DNA of 64,000 nt from Neodothiora populina (lineage: Eukaryota), in the NCBI RefSeq assembly GCF_041146345.1, contig NW_027191405.1, forward strand, positions 1,054,001 to 1,118,000. Reading direction: 5' to 3'. Shown here piece by piece: positions 12,005 through 25,668 of this stretch; the stretch's first letter is position 1; each line of letters opens with the position of its first letter. A program made the position numbers and the translations under genes. The notes beneath the pieces are model-generated. The model made no database searches. It was not told the origin of the DNA and saw nothing but the letters and a program-made list of their open reading frames with translations.

Positions 12005-14045
12005 ATGAAACCCCCCGATGAGGTATCTAGCAGTGATCCCGGTGAAGGGATGGAGCAATTGGAGAAGCAAATGACTGGAGCGTCGAACATGTCTACGGTA
12101 TCCATTGCAGCGCAGATGTCACCCATGCGGGAGATCCTGTTCGTTTCTGTGGTGTGTCTAGCACAGCTATGTACGCAGGTAGGCGATTGACATATCTCAA
12201 GATACCAAGCAAATCATGTTAACGACAAGCTTTAATTGCAGGCAGCCTTGGGTCAAGTATTAGCCATCTTACAGACCACACTCGCCCAGACCTTTGGACT
12301 TAGTAACCCGGGTGACTTGGCGTGGTTGATTGCAGGATATTCACTGACAGTCGGCACGTTCATCCTTATGGCGGGCCGGCTTGGAGATGTAAGTTTATCG
12401 AAAGACGAATAGATTGCTATCCCGGAATTGATGTGATGGCAAGGTGTTCGGCTACAAGAAGATGCTATTGATCGGGTTTTCCTGGTTCAGCTTATGGTCA
12501 ATCATCGCCGGCCTTGCTGTGTTTTCGAATCATGTCTTATTTGTCTTTGCTCGAGTCTTCCAAGGTATAGGTGCTAGTATTTGCCTCCCGAATGCTCTGG
12601 CATTACTGGGTGCGACGTAAGTGAAGCAGAAAAGACCTATGGTACTCCCCTCAGGCTGATAAGCCCTTACAGGTATGCCCCTGGGCCTCGAAAGAACATG
12701 GTATTTGCACTTTTTGGAGCAACCGCGCCTGGCGGCTCGATCATAGGCGCAACTTTTGCGTCCCTGTTTTCTTTAGCCTGGTGGTGAGTCTTCGTAAAAT
12801 CCCAGTGACCACTGACAAAACGTATTGACATGAATCAGGCCGTGGGCATTCTGGAGCTTCGGTATAACACTGGCAACTATAGCTGTGGTCGGCTGGTTCG
12901 TCATTATTGATCCACCATCCAAGTTAAGAACAGAGGCAAGTAGTCGAACATACTGGGAGACCTTTATCCTCCTCGACCCTCTTGGTGGCCTTGTCGGCGT
13001 GACAGCTTTGATTCTCTTCAATTTTGCCTGGAACCAAGCTGGAGTGATTGGGTGGGCTGATCCCTCGGTCGCGTGGTATGTTTACCTCACGTTGATTCTC
13101 GGTAAGTCAAGCCCCATGCCTATCTACTTGCCAGGCAACCCCCCGAACTGACACCAAACAGGCATTCTTCTCGTCCCAGTATTCTTCTATATCGAGAAGC
13201 GTGTCTCATCCGCACCTCTGATCCCCTTCGATGCACTCACTGTTGACGTCGCCTTCGTTCTGGGCTGTATAGCCTGCGGATGGGGCTGTTTCGGCATCTG
13301 GGTCTTCTATATCTGGTCATTCGCAGAAGTGCTGAAAGGAGCCACGCCTCTCCTCGCAACAGCATATATATGCCCCGTGGCAGTCAGGTACAGCAATAAT
13401 CCTCCCTTCCTCCTTGATTCTCTTTCTCGAGAACTGACCACTTTCTCCGCTCTAGCGGCGCCCTAGCATCCATAACAACAGGCTACCTCCTCGGCAAAAT
13501 GCGGCCCGCCTTCCTCATGATCATCGCCCTAAGCTGCTTCACAGTCGGCACGATCCTGATCGCCACCGCGCCTGTCCACCAATCCTACTGGGCACAGTTC
13601 TTCGTGTGCACCCTCGTCATCCCCTGGGGCATGGACATCAGCTTTCCCGCCGCCACGCTGATTCTCTCCAATGCCGTCGGGAAAGAACATCAGGGTATCG
13701 CGGCGAGCCTGGTCAATACCGTGGTCAACTATACCATCTCGCTTGCGCTGGGCTTTGCGGGCACCCTTGAGGCGAACGTCAATCATGGCGGGGTTACGAA
13801 TGCGGATAAACTCAGGGGTTATCGCGGGGCGTGGTATCTGGTGAGTTCCGATCTCTCTTCTCGTCTTTCATTGCCTTTTTCTCTTCTGGGGTTGTGCCCC
13901 TTTGAAAGAAACAAGTCCGGCTAACGTATAGTCATTGCACCCTGCATAGGCCATCGGACTCTCTGGCTTCGGTATGATCCTCAGTGTCTGTTATTTGCTC
14001 AAGGATCTACATAGATCCCGGGCTTCCGCATCTTCTGCTTCTTGA
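12005..14045 (+). CDS. MFS drug:H+ antiporter, ATR1/DHA2-like (multi-exon)
   Basis: Spliced segments WLIAGYSLTVGTFILMAGRLGD, FALFGATAPGG, PWGMDISFPAAT, QGIAASLVNTVVNY, many hydrophobic helices; stop TGA at 14043-14045. Confidence 0.88.
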
Positions 14046-14183
14046 CTCTGATGTTTTCCGTTGATGCTGGCAACGTGGTTCATCTGAGCCGCAAGACTTA
14101 CAATGGGGACTGCCGGCGATGATATGACGAGGTGAAAGGAGACGAGATGAGATGATTTATTGTATATGCACACGCATGTACGC

Positions 14184-14185
<2 letters not shown>

Positions 14186-14239
<54 letters not shown>

Positions 14240-14246
14240 CACACAC
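14186..14246. repeat. (CA)n microsatellite
   Basis: About 60 bp of AC repeats with one interruption, downstream of the MFS stop codon. Confidence 0.97.
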
Positions 14247-15095
14247 GCATATGTATATATATATGTACACAGTACATACAGCACTCCTAGCCGCGTTATC
14301 TGGGGGGGCCAGTCAGGCTAGATAGAGGAACAAAGTGTAATTCGTAATTCCGAACATCATAGTTCATGATGAGATGCGGCATAATGTAATGTAACCTTTC
14401 TCAATGGCCTGTCAGCCAATAACGCTAATACCCTGGCCGTGGAAAGCGCGCCAAGGACGAGTGAATGGAAGAAAGCTTGCCAATGAAGCTAGGCCTCTCG
14501 TCGCGAGTCAAGAGCTCTCTGCTGATGCTTCGCTTGGAGTGCTTCCTTCCTCGGATTGATCTACATATCGCCCCGATGCTTTCTACCATGTGTCAGGCCT
14601 GAACCACGGCCTTTGATTGTGGTAGCTGGGAAGGATGTATACGTCACCAAGCCTGTGTATTGTTGCGTTTGCCTCGACACTTATTTAAACTCCCGACGGA
14701 TGATATGCCGACAAGGTACGGAAAGCGTTAGGAGAGGAAGCGGAGGATACGGAGGTGGGAAGTATGTGGCTTCGTCTCCCACACATCTGACGCAGCCTGT
14801 GCATCGGGGCCTATATTGCGTGTAGGATGGCGTATTTGCAGTTGCCTCTGCAGGTCAAACTCGTCAAGTCATATCTACAGCTGCATGCATGAATGTCAAG
14901 GAGTGTTAAGCTCGTCGTCAGGATGCCAAGCAGGGTGGCACTAAAGCGTTCGGAAGAACAAGCATGTGGAGAATTTGGGGAACGGCCTTCTGAACCAGTG
15001 TGCTTCAGCCATGCCTTGCGGTAGGCATTCAACCGAAAGGCAAGGATATATGTAGACGTCAAATGATGATAAAGGTTCATATATCTAGGCCGGTC

Positions 15096-17707
15096 TCAAT
15101 CACTTTCTTCGTCTTCTTGGGCTTGGCGGAGCATCTCTGCTTCCAATTGCGCCTCGAGATCGGCGTCCGAGTCCTCAAAGTCCTCGGGAATGTCGGCTGC
15201 CACGTCCTTGGTTCGAGGAGGCTCGGGGGTAGCCACATTGCTGACGGCAGCCACGTTGGTCAGACTTGTAGTCCGGGCCAAAGCTTTTCTCTTTCTTTTC
15301 TGCAACTCGCTCTCGCCTTGACTGGCATCGCTGTCGCCATCATCGCTGACCGAAGCTACATCGACCAGCTCTCTTTTCCGCTTCTTGGCACTAGAGGGTG
15401 CAGTCTCACTGCTTGTGGAGGCGAGCGACCTGACGCTCTCTGTGTCGGTTTCGCTGTCGTCGTCGGCATCGGAGCCGAGGAAGTCTGCTAATTCGTCGTT
15501 CATGTCCTCCCAGTCTTCGTTGGTCTCTTCATGCGCAGAAGTGTCTTCGTGGGACAGCTTGGGCATGTACTTGGCGAGCTCAGCCTGCTCGCGAGCGTTG
15601 CTTTCGACATCAGTACCGTTGGGTGTATCCAGTTCGTCCTCGGTCAAGGCAGCTTCTTCATCGGATGACGACAGAGCTGTGTGTTCATCGGGCTCGTCGA
15701 ATGGCGTCGTGCCGATCTCCGTCGGCTTCTCGCCGTTTTCTGCCACCTCCGAGTGTATCCTATACGGCTCTTCGCCGACTCTTTTCCATTGCGACAAGGA
15801 GTCAAACAACCAATCTTGCGTGACGATGGCTATTCTATCGGGTTTCTTGGCGGCTTGCCGGACCTTGGCTGTTCTGCGCTGGGGCGAGGCGATGACATGA
15901 GTAGTTCTCCTTTTGATGTTTTCGGATACGGTGGCACCAAAACTCTTGGCCCAAATCGCCAGATCATGGCTGTAGAGTAATTAGTGTTTGCTGATGCGGC
16001 TCATGGTCCTTGCTCGACGACTTACCTTTGAACGTCGACACCCAATGGCATGATGCCTGAAAAGACTAGATGACAACCCCGCAAGACTTTCTGCTTCATT
16101 GTAGCCATGATGGTAGTGACATCAGGCAGCTGACCCAGATCGTCCACGGAACGCTTTTGAGACCCCGGCCGCAGCTCAGCCACGCGACCGCCGTGCGTAG
16201 CGGCGATGTTGCGATCGTACTCTTCAAAAAATGCATGGTGGACGGTCTCGAGACTCTCTTGGAGGTAGTGTAGCTCCGTGTCGTCGTCCCGCAGCAAGTT
16301 GTGTCTGTATTTCTGCTGTGACTCGGCCGTGTCATCGTCCTGCTGTTCGTCCTCGTTGCCCTCGCTCTTAGCCTCGGCAGACACGCTGGTGTTGCTCTCG
16401 ACGGCGTCCAGAATCTTCTGTTTGCGCAGTAGTGGTCGATCGGCGAGCTGGGCGGCGATGGTCTCGTCTTGTTTCGAGGTCTGTTCCTGCAACTTGTCGG
16501 GATCGTTGCCGCCGCCCATTGACACGAGTTGGTCAATGGCGGATAAGGTGGGATCGATCAAGGGTTCGGTCTGCACTTTCGGACTCTGGACAGGCGTGTC
16601 CACGGTTGGTCCTGAATGGCCATTCTCGGTAAGCGAAAGGGCGCCAGGTTGGTGGTCCACTGCCTCGGTCGTGGCTTCGACTGCAGGTTGTTTCGAGGGC
16701 TTTGCTTCGAGCTCCGGGCGTTTCGGTAAGAAGCTGGAGTTGATGTCTCCGATGCCGACAAAGAAGTCGTACGGAGTCACCTTGATGAGGTTCTGGCTCC
16801 AGTGCCAGACATCGCCACGATCGTCAATGATGACAACCATCTTGGTGTCGACAGGAAACAGTCGCTTGAGACTCTTGGCGGTCATGCTGCCGCTCTCGTC
16901 TCTGCTCAGGATACGATCAGCAAAGATCTTGCGATCGGGATCTACAATCTTGGCGATGTTCTGAGCATAGGCGCGTGTGCCCATGGTATAGATGTGAAGC
17001 TCAAAGTATTTTGAAATTGTGGTGAGGAACTGCTCGAGGCCTGGACGAAGCTTGATGTAGTACCAACAACCCCTGGCGCCGGGACCGTCGTCGACGAGCT
17101 GAAAGGCTCTCACGTGTTTGACGGCTTCATGATTGGGGTTGTTGACGTCTTTTTGCCATTCAGCAACTGTAGGGTCGACGGTGGCGTGAATGATGGTCTG
17201 ATCGAGATCGACGACGAGCGAGAGCTTCCGAGAGGACAACAGTCGGCGCTTGGCCTCCTCGTCTTCTTTGGAGGCTTCGGCTCTGGAAACGAGCAGGGCG
17301 GTATGGCCGTGTACGGCGTTGACGGTGGCGCGGGCGGTGTCACGAGTGATGGTGTTGTAGGCGACAGTGGTCATGTCCTTGCCACACTCGGCACACATGC
17401 CTCCAAACTGCACTTCATGCTTGCACGGCTCTTCAATCTCTGCTATGGCGGTGCCAGCCTTCGTGATGACTTTGCCCTCTTCTATCATCCACCGGCCGAG
17501 TTCACCTTCGACATAGCTCTCGAAAGTCGACGGCCATGTCCGTTCGACTGGGGAGCCCTCTTTGTTGTCTTCTGAGCCTTCTATGACCGTGCTCTTGTAC
17601 AGGTAGCTGAAGAGAGGTGCATTGCGTTCAATGTGGTCGCGAGGTGATCGAAGGAGCTTGGTGACGGTGATGGGATAGTGTAGGCTGTTGGGAGTAATGA
17701 GGCGCAT
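15096..17707 (-). CDS. FCP1: RNA polymerase II CTD phosphatase (one intron, about 15970-16025)
   Basis: LVVDLDQTIIHA (DxDxT), YYIKLRPGL, RILSRDE, VIIDDRGDVW, a BRCT-like segment, and an acidic C-terminus. Confidence 0.95.
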
Positions 17708-19635
17708 TGATGCTGGGAGGTGGGATCATATCATATCCCTTGCGTCATTGGCTGTGGATGTGCGTGTATGTGTTGCGGTGTACGATTTTAAGTGCAGAAG
17801 ATGCAGGTCTGATATGTGGAAGCTGGCGATGATCAATAAAGCTACAGGTATCTTGAACGAGGTTCCTTCCTATTGTCAAGGTCCTGGATGGCTGGCGTGG
17901 AGTGAGTTGAGTGTACCTCGGAATTTAGAATTGGAAGGAGCGTTTCCAATTTGTATAATCCGAGATACCTTAGGTAGGTAGCTAGTGAGGTGGCAATGGA
18001 AAGTAAATTATGGGTCGACTTGTGCAATGTAGAAGCTTTCGCTGTGACTGCGCAACACTTTGACAATAGCAAGACTTAAGGTATTGTGTTATTTGTTTTT
18101 ATAGAATGCGATTCGGCAATTCACGACTCACGATTCACGATTCACGCGTCTCTCGGAGCTGGCTACCTCACTCGCTTTATATGCCGACACGCTCTCAGGC
18201 CTTGTCAAAAGTCGTCGACAATAACCGCCAAGATCTGGGGATTGGTACAGTGGCCAGCTGTTTAGACTCCTGGTATCCTCTTCACGCCTACTACTGGCGA
18301 GACTTGTCGCGACCTGTACCTGTTTCTCCTAGCAAAGACCCCTCATAGACAGATCGAAGCTCCACCCCCGACTGTGCTCGTGCCTCCATGCTGTCATATG
18401 CCCGTATCTAACAGTTGGTAATATGGGCAGTTATGTTTCTTATACTACAAAGCCATCTATTTATTGCGAGCACCGTCCAGACTACCTTATAGTAAGTAAG
18501 GCCGCCCATTTGCACAAGAGTCGCTTGGTCTCGTGACTGCTTGCTGCCAGTAATGTTGCCTGCCCCTCATGAGTGCACTAGGTACGTCGCTGCAAACGGC
18601 AAACATGTGGCAAGAGAGGACTTGTCTCCGTCCTTGACGACCACAAAGTCAGAGTAATCGTTCTGATTCCACCACGCTATAGATGACTCGCAGACTAATA
18701 GACGTTCTGCATGACTATAATCGTATTCTCACTAGGTGTAGTGAGTCATAATATCCCGCCGACGCAGCTGCGCTCCCTCGCGAAGGAATACGACGCCACT
18801 GAATTGTGTAATCAAGTAAAGTCCCTCTGTGTATGGATAGTAAGGAGGTTGGGTCCGAGTGGCTAGTGTATATAGTCAAGGATCTCTCCCCTTCCTTAGG
18901 GTAAGGACAATGATACCTCACCAAAATACCCCAATATGCCTCCATATCCAACATAGCTCTCAAGCAATACAAAACAAAGTGTGAACAGTAAAGGCGCATG
19001 CGAGCGAAACACTCACCATAATCCTCACTACCACATTAATAGCCAACACTCACAAATGGCCAACCACTCGAACGAATCCAAGAAAACATACTTCAAGGTG
19101 TACCGTAGACGTGACAACTCTTCACCCTCAGCACCGAGAATGGTACATGATCTACGTATCGGTATACACAGCCTCGAGGTGACATTACCCGTGTAAGTAT
19201 TGAAGAATCAACAAGGAAGATCCGTAGTGCGTAGAAAAAGAAAGATTCACTATCCATCGCGATCACAACATCATCAATCGAAGAGCGAGTCCATGATTGA
19301 GGTAAGGTAACCAGGCCTCGTGCTACAGTTCAACCTCGCTCCTAACGTCTAAACCACTACGCATCGACCGGGCGATGCGTTTTGGATCATGTACGAACGG
19401 GTCTAGCCTCTTTAGGCTAGACTCATAGCAATGTCGAGGACTACGGTCGAGATAAAGTAAGATGATGCCAATTCCTCATTCGAATTACATTCCCTGATTG
19501 TCTTGTTCTTGTTCTTCGTAACAAAAACTGTAAAATATCCTCATGAGTTTATGTTTATCACTATTCTTCCGTCTTTAGCATGATATGTCTAGGTAGCTAC
19601 GAAAAAGTAGCTCGCTAGCTCTTTCTCTCCTTCTT

Positions 19636-22409
19636 TTACACGATACCGTACACTCTCCTTGCAATAAAGTAGCATATCATGCCGAATCCCAGCAGGCCAC
19701 CGCACACACTCCAGAACCAGTTCAGGTTGTTGATGTCCTGGCCCGGGACGAGGAAATTACATCCAAAGATACCAGTGACAATGTTCATGGGCAGAACAAT
19801 GGTACCTAGTACGGTCAATTTGCCCAAAACGTCGTTGGTTTGCTCGGCACGCTCGTTCATGCGTATGTTGATCTGGGCGAGGTAGTTGCTGTGTGCGCGA
19901 GATAACAGGCTGTGCAAGTTCTTATTAGCTTGCATGTTCCCCTTTGTACATGGCGGGGTTCGGGACTTACTTTTCGTAATGCGACAGATTGCTAGTCATG
20001 GTCACGATATGATCCTGGATATCGCCGAGGTACAAACCGATCTCACTCCTGGGAGCGACCTCCCAGTGTTCGTTACAGCGTTTGGCGAAGCCCTTGATGA
20101 CATCGGCCTTGTTGCCGAGCAGACGGTATAAAGTCATGACTTTCTTTCTGCCCTCGCCCACTCGTCGCAACATGTCGCCGCCGTTGTCGCCGGCAGTCAT
20201 CTCTCCGCCAGCATCAGAGCGGTCACTGCTGGCGTTCTTGTTCGCCTTTTCGTACTCGAGTTCCTTGGCCTTGCCGGACTTCTTGTGCTTCTCATCTGAG
20301 TTCTCCATGGGGGAATGTAGAGCAAGAATGGCACTGTCGATGTCGTCCACCTCGTCCTCGATCTGTTGTACCAATGGCGCGTAGACGTCAGTGATATCGT
20401 CGATTATGGCGTACGACATCCAATCCGCTGTAGGTGACATGTAGTCATTGAGTTGTCTGATACGACGTCTGACGTTGGCTGGATGAGGTGTCATGGAGAA
20501 ATGGAACTGAAGAATGTGTTAGCCATCGAATCTGTGTCTGCGTGAAGCAACATGAAACTTACACTAATAACACCCTCCCGGAACACCACAACATACATGT
20601 TGACGGGCTCCATGTAGTCTTCACTGTCCTTGTCCTGCTCAAAACTACGGTAGTTGACAAAGTAATAGTGCTGGAACAACTCAACCTTCTCTCGAGGCTC
20701 CTGCATCAAGATATCCTCAGAGGTGAGCTGATGAATGCCGAACGCCTTGGACAATACTTTCATCTCCGTTTCCGTAGGACTCATGACGTCAAGCCACCAG
20801 GTCGGTCGCGGACCAAAGCGCTTCGGTTTGGATTCTTGCTCTTTCGGGGTCTGTGTTTGCGATTGTGCAGGAGTCTGCGATCCAGATGTCTCTCGAGTCT
20901 TGGATGTCTGAGGTCCATCGAATCTAGACTGTCGTCCTAGATCCGAAGCCGAAGGTTGGGTCATCAGGACCGTCCCTTCCTCATCATCACTGCTATCGCT
21001 CAACTCAGCAGGCTCAGGGAGGAAGAGCTCTCTGAAGTCGGAGCCGAATTCGGTGAGTTCGCTGATGACCCTGGTGTGCAGGGTTCCGTCGAAGGTTTCA
21101 TTGAAATAGGTGAATCGGAAAGGCGCATCGTTCTCCTCTCTGTGCCAAGCAGGATTCTTGGGTCTCAAGCGCCCACTGACAAATATAGGTTCGCTGATCT
21201 TCTTGGCTCTGAGATGCTTCTCTTGCTGCCGCTCCTCCTTCTCTTCCAAACTCCACTCTTCGAGGACTTCGAGGTCCGGCCATCTACGTCTCCTGCGTCG
21301 GCGATCCCGCGGTCCCGTGCTTTCATCCGGTCTCCGGAAGTCCTCCTCTTCGCCAATGACCGACATATCGCCAGGATAGCAGACATCGTTCTCGGCAGGG
21401 TTTGCGAGCGTGTGCCTACGACCGTCGCCCCGCGGCGAAGACGAGGTGCTCCTGAACGCCTCACTAGACATGTCTCTGTCGATGTCGATGACGGTGTCGC
21501 GATGCCCACCTGGAGATCGACCGTTGGAGAATTGTTCGGCAATCATGACATCGTCCAGCGTGCCCATCTTGGGCGATCCAGGCACAGAAGGGGGTTGTTG
21601 ACGTCAAAATCCTCATCTTCGGAGCTCGAGTAACGGAGTCCGCTTTCCATCTTGCCCCTTCTGCTCGAGTTCATCGACATTGGCGAAGCCTTGCGCCTGG
21701 TTCCATAGTTGTTCTTGTGCGATGAATTGGTTCGGTTGGTGCTAGGTCGATCGCGGTCGCGGTGTGCGTTCGACATGAGAGGTGTCCGATCGGTGATTGC
21801 CTCCTCGTTGTCATCGTCGCTGTCAGACATTCTGCGGGGACGCATGGCGCGAGACTTGATGGGACTCGAGGCGAGCAGTGAGTTGCTACGACCAGCACGG
21901 TGCGCACTCTGGCGAGAGCTGAAGGGGGTACTGCCGCCGCGAGAAGCGAACATACTCTCCTTGATGCTTTGGCGACGGGTGCGTATGGGCTGCTGCTCTC
22001 TGTGATCCAGCAGCGCCTCGCTCTCCAGGCTGGTGTTGCTCCGCGCAGCAGACTTCAAGCGGTAGAAGCTGGTCTGGGTGGCCGAGGGGCGATTCACTTC
22101 GAGGAGACTGGGACGCTCGTCCCGCTCTATTTCAGTATTGGTGTCTTCCGAGGGGGCAATGAAGCTCTGTCTCCTGTTGCGTCTCTTCTTCCCTGCCCGA
22201 TGGCGCTTTTTCTTTGCAGGAGCGACATCTGCACCCTGTAGCCGTGCGTTTGCCGCAGCATTGTGAGATTGTGCATGGTGTTGAGTTCGCGAAGATGACG
22301 GTGCATTGGAACCAGCGGCGGCGGCGTACGAGACGCGGCTGGAGGAACTGCTGGGAGCAGCCATTGAGTCGGAGCCGGCGACTTTGGACAAGTCTGTCCG
22401 CGGATCCAT
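19636..22409 (-). CDS. CorA-family Mg2+ transporter (ALR1/MNR2-like); apparent 1-nt frameshift at 21590-21594; two introns
   Basis: WWLDVMSPTETEM, EDILMQEPREKVELF, YAIIDDITD, LYLGDIQDHIVTM, and two C-terminal TM helices with GCN in place of the GMN signature. The N-terminal and core ORFs are in different frames. Start codon uncertain. Confidence 0.85.
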
Positions 22410-22957
22410 TATGTTGCAAAGTCCAGACAGATGACTGACACCAATGGCTGGCACGAGTTTGGCGTACGTCGGTGGTGGGACAAATTACCTATGATCTGAA
22501 TGGCGTTCGAACCAAGAAAAAGCCGCAAGCCTCTTAGTGCAAAAGCAAAGCCGGACCAGGTCGAGGTTGTTGAATTAAGGTACTGTACGGCTAATGGGAA
22601 AAAGGCAATCCAGGATCCCAGATGCAGGAGACTGTCGATGATGCGTCAATGGCGTTGCATCCGTCTCCACTCGGGCCAATTGACCAATCCCCAGATTGCG
22701 GGGTGGGGGTTTGTGCTTTTGCACAATACAGTGTCACGGCACTGAACACTAAACAAGTCACCGTCCTGTAGCTGGCTGGAAAGACGCCCAGGCTGGTCTC
22801 AATTGAAAAGCTATCACTATGTACATTGCTCGTTACCCACACGTCAGCTAGTGAATGCGGCCACACAGCCAAAAGCATTGCAGCACATCGTCCCATATAC
22901 AAGAAAAGGAATGTGGGGTCGTCTTCGACCATGACACGTCTTCCGCCCGCCCTTAGC

Positions 22958-25668
22958 TTACAGACGACTGAGCCCGGCAATCTCACGAGGAGCGTGGTAG
23001 TTGGGAACCTTCATGTCCAGTGCACTTCCGCTGTAGCCAAGATCTTCTGCTACGAGCATTGCACACTTCTCTCCGATCAGGAGCGCCGAGCTGTAGGCTA
23101 CACACAGGTTTAGCGACACATCAACCCGCGCTGCTGCTTGATGGTGACTTACTGTTGCAACCGACGTTGTCGCCCAGAATACTGAGGTCTGCCACACGGA
23201 GCTGCTTGACACCATGGACACGGAGACGTTCATCGAGCACGCTGTTTCTGTTAGCCCAAGTCTTTCTTGGCAGTGTCAGTCCATCGCTTGGTACATACCC
23301 GTGCTTGCAATAGCTGTTGCCCTCCTTTGGTGCCATTGAGCAAGTTCCGAGCGAGTGCCACGTCGTCTCTACGTGACGTTTGACCCATTCCTCGACGCAG
23401 GCGATATCCTCGTTAGTGTACTCAAGATCCTCGCGGATCTCCTGTTTGTTCGAATTGAGGAAGCTGGCTTGAGGTGCTTTGCCTGGTTCAACGGCCGTGG
23501 TCCAACTACCATGCTGAATGTTGGCCGTAATGTGGTCAGGACCCGCATATGCGTTCGTCGTGGCGATATCCATGTCGAGCGCGCGTGCTGGCGAATCATA
23601 ACGATAGAAGGGATGCATGCCGGTGACTTCTCCGGCGTATGCGTCCATCCGCCTCGCCGTCTCGCGAGACTTGATGTATCCCCAAACCATAGGAGCCATG
23701 TCACGCTTGTCGTTCATGAAGCCGGCGTCAAAGTCCGGGGCATCATAAGCGCTCGGGGAAGTGATGTGTGTGAATCCACGTGAGAAAGGATACTCGAGGA
23801 AATGGAACCTGTGAACGATCAGATATTGCTGCAGCTCGCAGCGACAATCTACACTGGACTTACATTGTAAAGAACTTTCCAGGAGGCATGCTGCAACCTC
23901 ATCAGCGAACGGCTTCTTCAAGTCGGGATTGTTTACTTACTGCATGTGGTCACCGAACCAACCTGCTATGACCGAGTAATGCATAACTGGCTTATCAGGC
24001 TTGTTCTTAAAGTAAGAGTCCCAACCAGATCGGAACTCTTTGCATGGCCAACTGTCCATTTGCTTGAGTTCCTCCTCGGTGGGCCGGATCTTTACGCCAG
24101 CCTCGATTCCACTGGACGAAACGTAAGCAGCAATTTCTTCCCAGGTTCACCATGATTTACTTACTTGGTGGCGAGTGGGCCTGTACCGTTAATGTTCCAC
24201 TGATCAAAGACCTTCTTCTGTACCGCAAGATCGCCACGGACGAAGTCGTCGAAAGACTCGACATGTGGCTTGGCACGGTATGTGGAGAAAGTAAGGTAGT
24301 GATCCTGGAAGTTGAGACCTACACCAGGCAGATCAATGATTGGCTTCACGCCAACATCTCGGAGCTTCTTGGGGTCACCTGGGACAGGTTGTTAGAATCA
24401 TTACATGAACTACATGAACGAGGTAGACATTGCAACATACCGATTCCAGAGCGCTGGAGGATCAAAGGCGAGCTCAGAGTACCGCCACTGACAATGATTT
24501 CCTTGCGAGCTCTGTAGATCTTCGAGCCATCCTGGCCGGGGGACAGAGGCTTAGTCGGGACGACTTTGACACCGACTGCCTTGCCATTCTCTAGTATTAC
24601 CTTCTCGACCTTAGTGTTGCAAACAAGGTGGAGATTCTGATGATATGCCCTGGTGGAATGGATGTATCCATGCGCCGAGTCTGATCGACGACCAGTGTCG
24701 CTTGCGATAGTTAGCAATGCCCGGACAATCTGGGTGGACTCGAATGACCAACCGATTGATCCACTTCAACCAGTGTTCAGCTCCATGACCGGTTACCCTT
24801 ACTTGATTAGCAATGTGACGAAGCATACGACTCGAGTAGACATACAAATCCTGGAGATCATCGGTGACTGGAACGCCCTGGGACTCAACCGCACGCAGGA
24901 AATCTTGCTACTTTTGGTAAGGTTCATGGCTTCTTATGCTCGACAATTTCAAGGCTTACCATGATGGGATAAGTGTAATTACTTGACTTCAATCAGCGAC
25001 TGGTAAGAATCAGAGTGGGAAGGGATGACATACCCAAAAGAGACCTTGATGGGTCCCTCGAATCCGTGAATGTCACGGTTGTTACACGCTCTCTGGTACG
25101 TCTCGTGCTTCCTCATGAGGGGAATAAGTTCCTTAGTGGTCCACCCCTTCGCTTGCAGATCATCGTAGTCTGATGCAGAGGCACGAGTGTACATCTACGA
25201 TTGTTTCGTCAACAGAAGTTGGTCCAGCTAGTGCAGTATTGCTTACCATGAAATTGATACTGCTGCCGCCACCTAAGATGTGGGCACATGGTACAACTGC
25301 ACGACGACCAGCAAGGAATTCAGAAGGACGCGAGTAGTAAAACGAAGCTGTCTTGCTGTCCAACTTCATGTTTCTACAATCTTCTCATCAGCATCTAGTT
25401 TTACTGTTCTCGATAGGCACGGATGAGGAGGAGCACGGACTTGGGATAAATTCCAGGACGATAGACCCATGGGTTGTTCAAGTTGCTTTCTCCAGCTTCA
25501 ATGAGTATCACTTGCAGGTTATGGTCCAGGTTTGCCAGCCTCCCAGCAACGACACATCTAGTCCACGTCAACAAAGCTATCTATACGCCGTACAAGAGAC
25601 CGGACTTGAGCGTACCCACAACTACCACCACCACACACGATGATATCGACCTCGTCAGGAACTACCAT
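22958..25668 (-). CDS. Peroxisomal alcohol (methanol) oxidase, GMC oxidoreductase, many introns
   Basis: MVVPDEVDIIVCGGGSCG FAD-binding start, LGGGSSINF, GRRSDSAHGY, VETTWHSLGTCSM; ends in SRL (PTS1). Confidence 0.93.

Noticed and set aside
13991..14284. ORF containing a CVCVCV run
   Set aside because: It is simply the translation of the CA microsatellite.
19460..19497. Box C-like and box D-like motifs suggesting a snoRNA
   Set aside because: Too close together, with no terminal stem or recognisable guide sequence.
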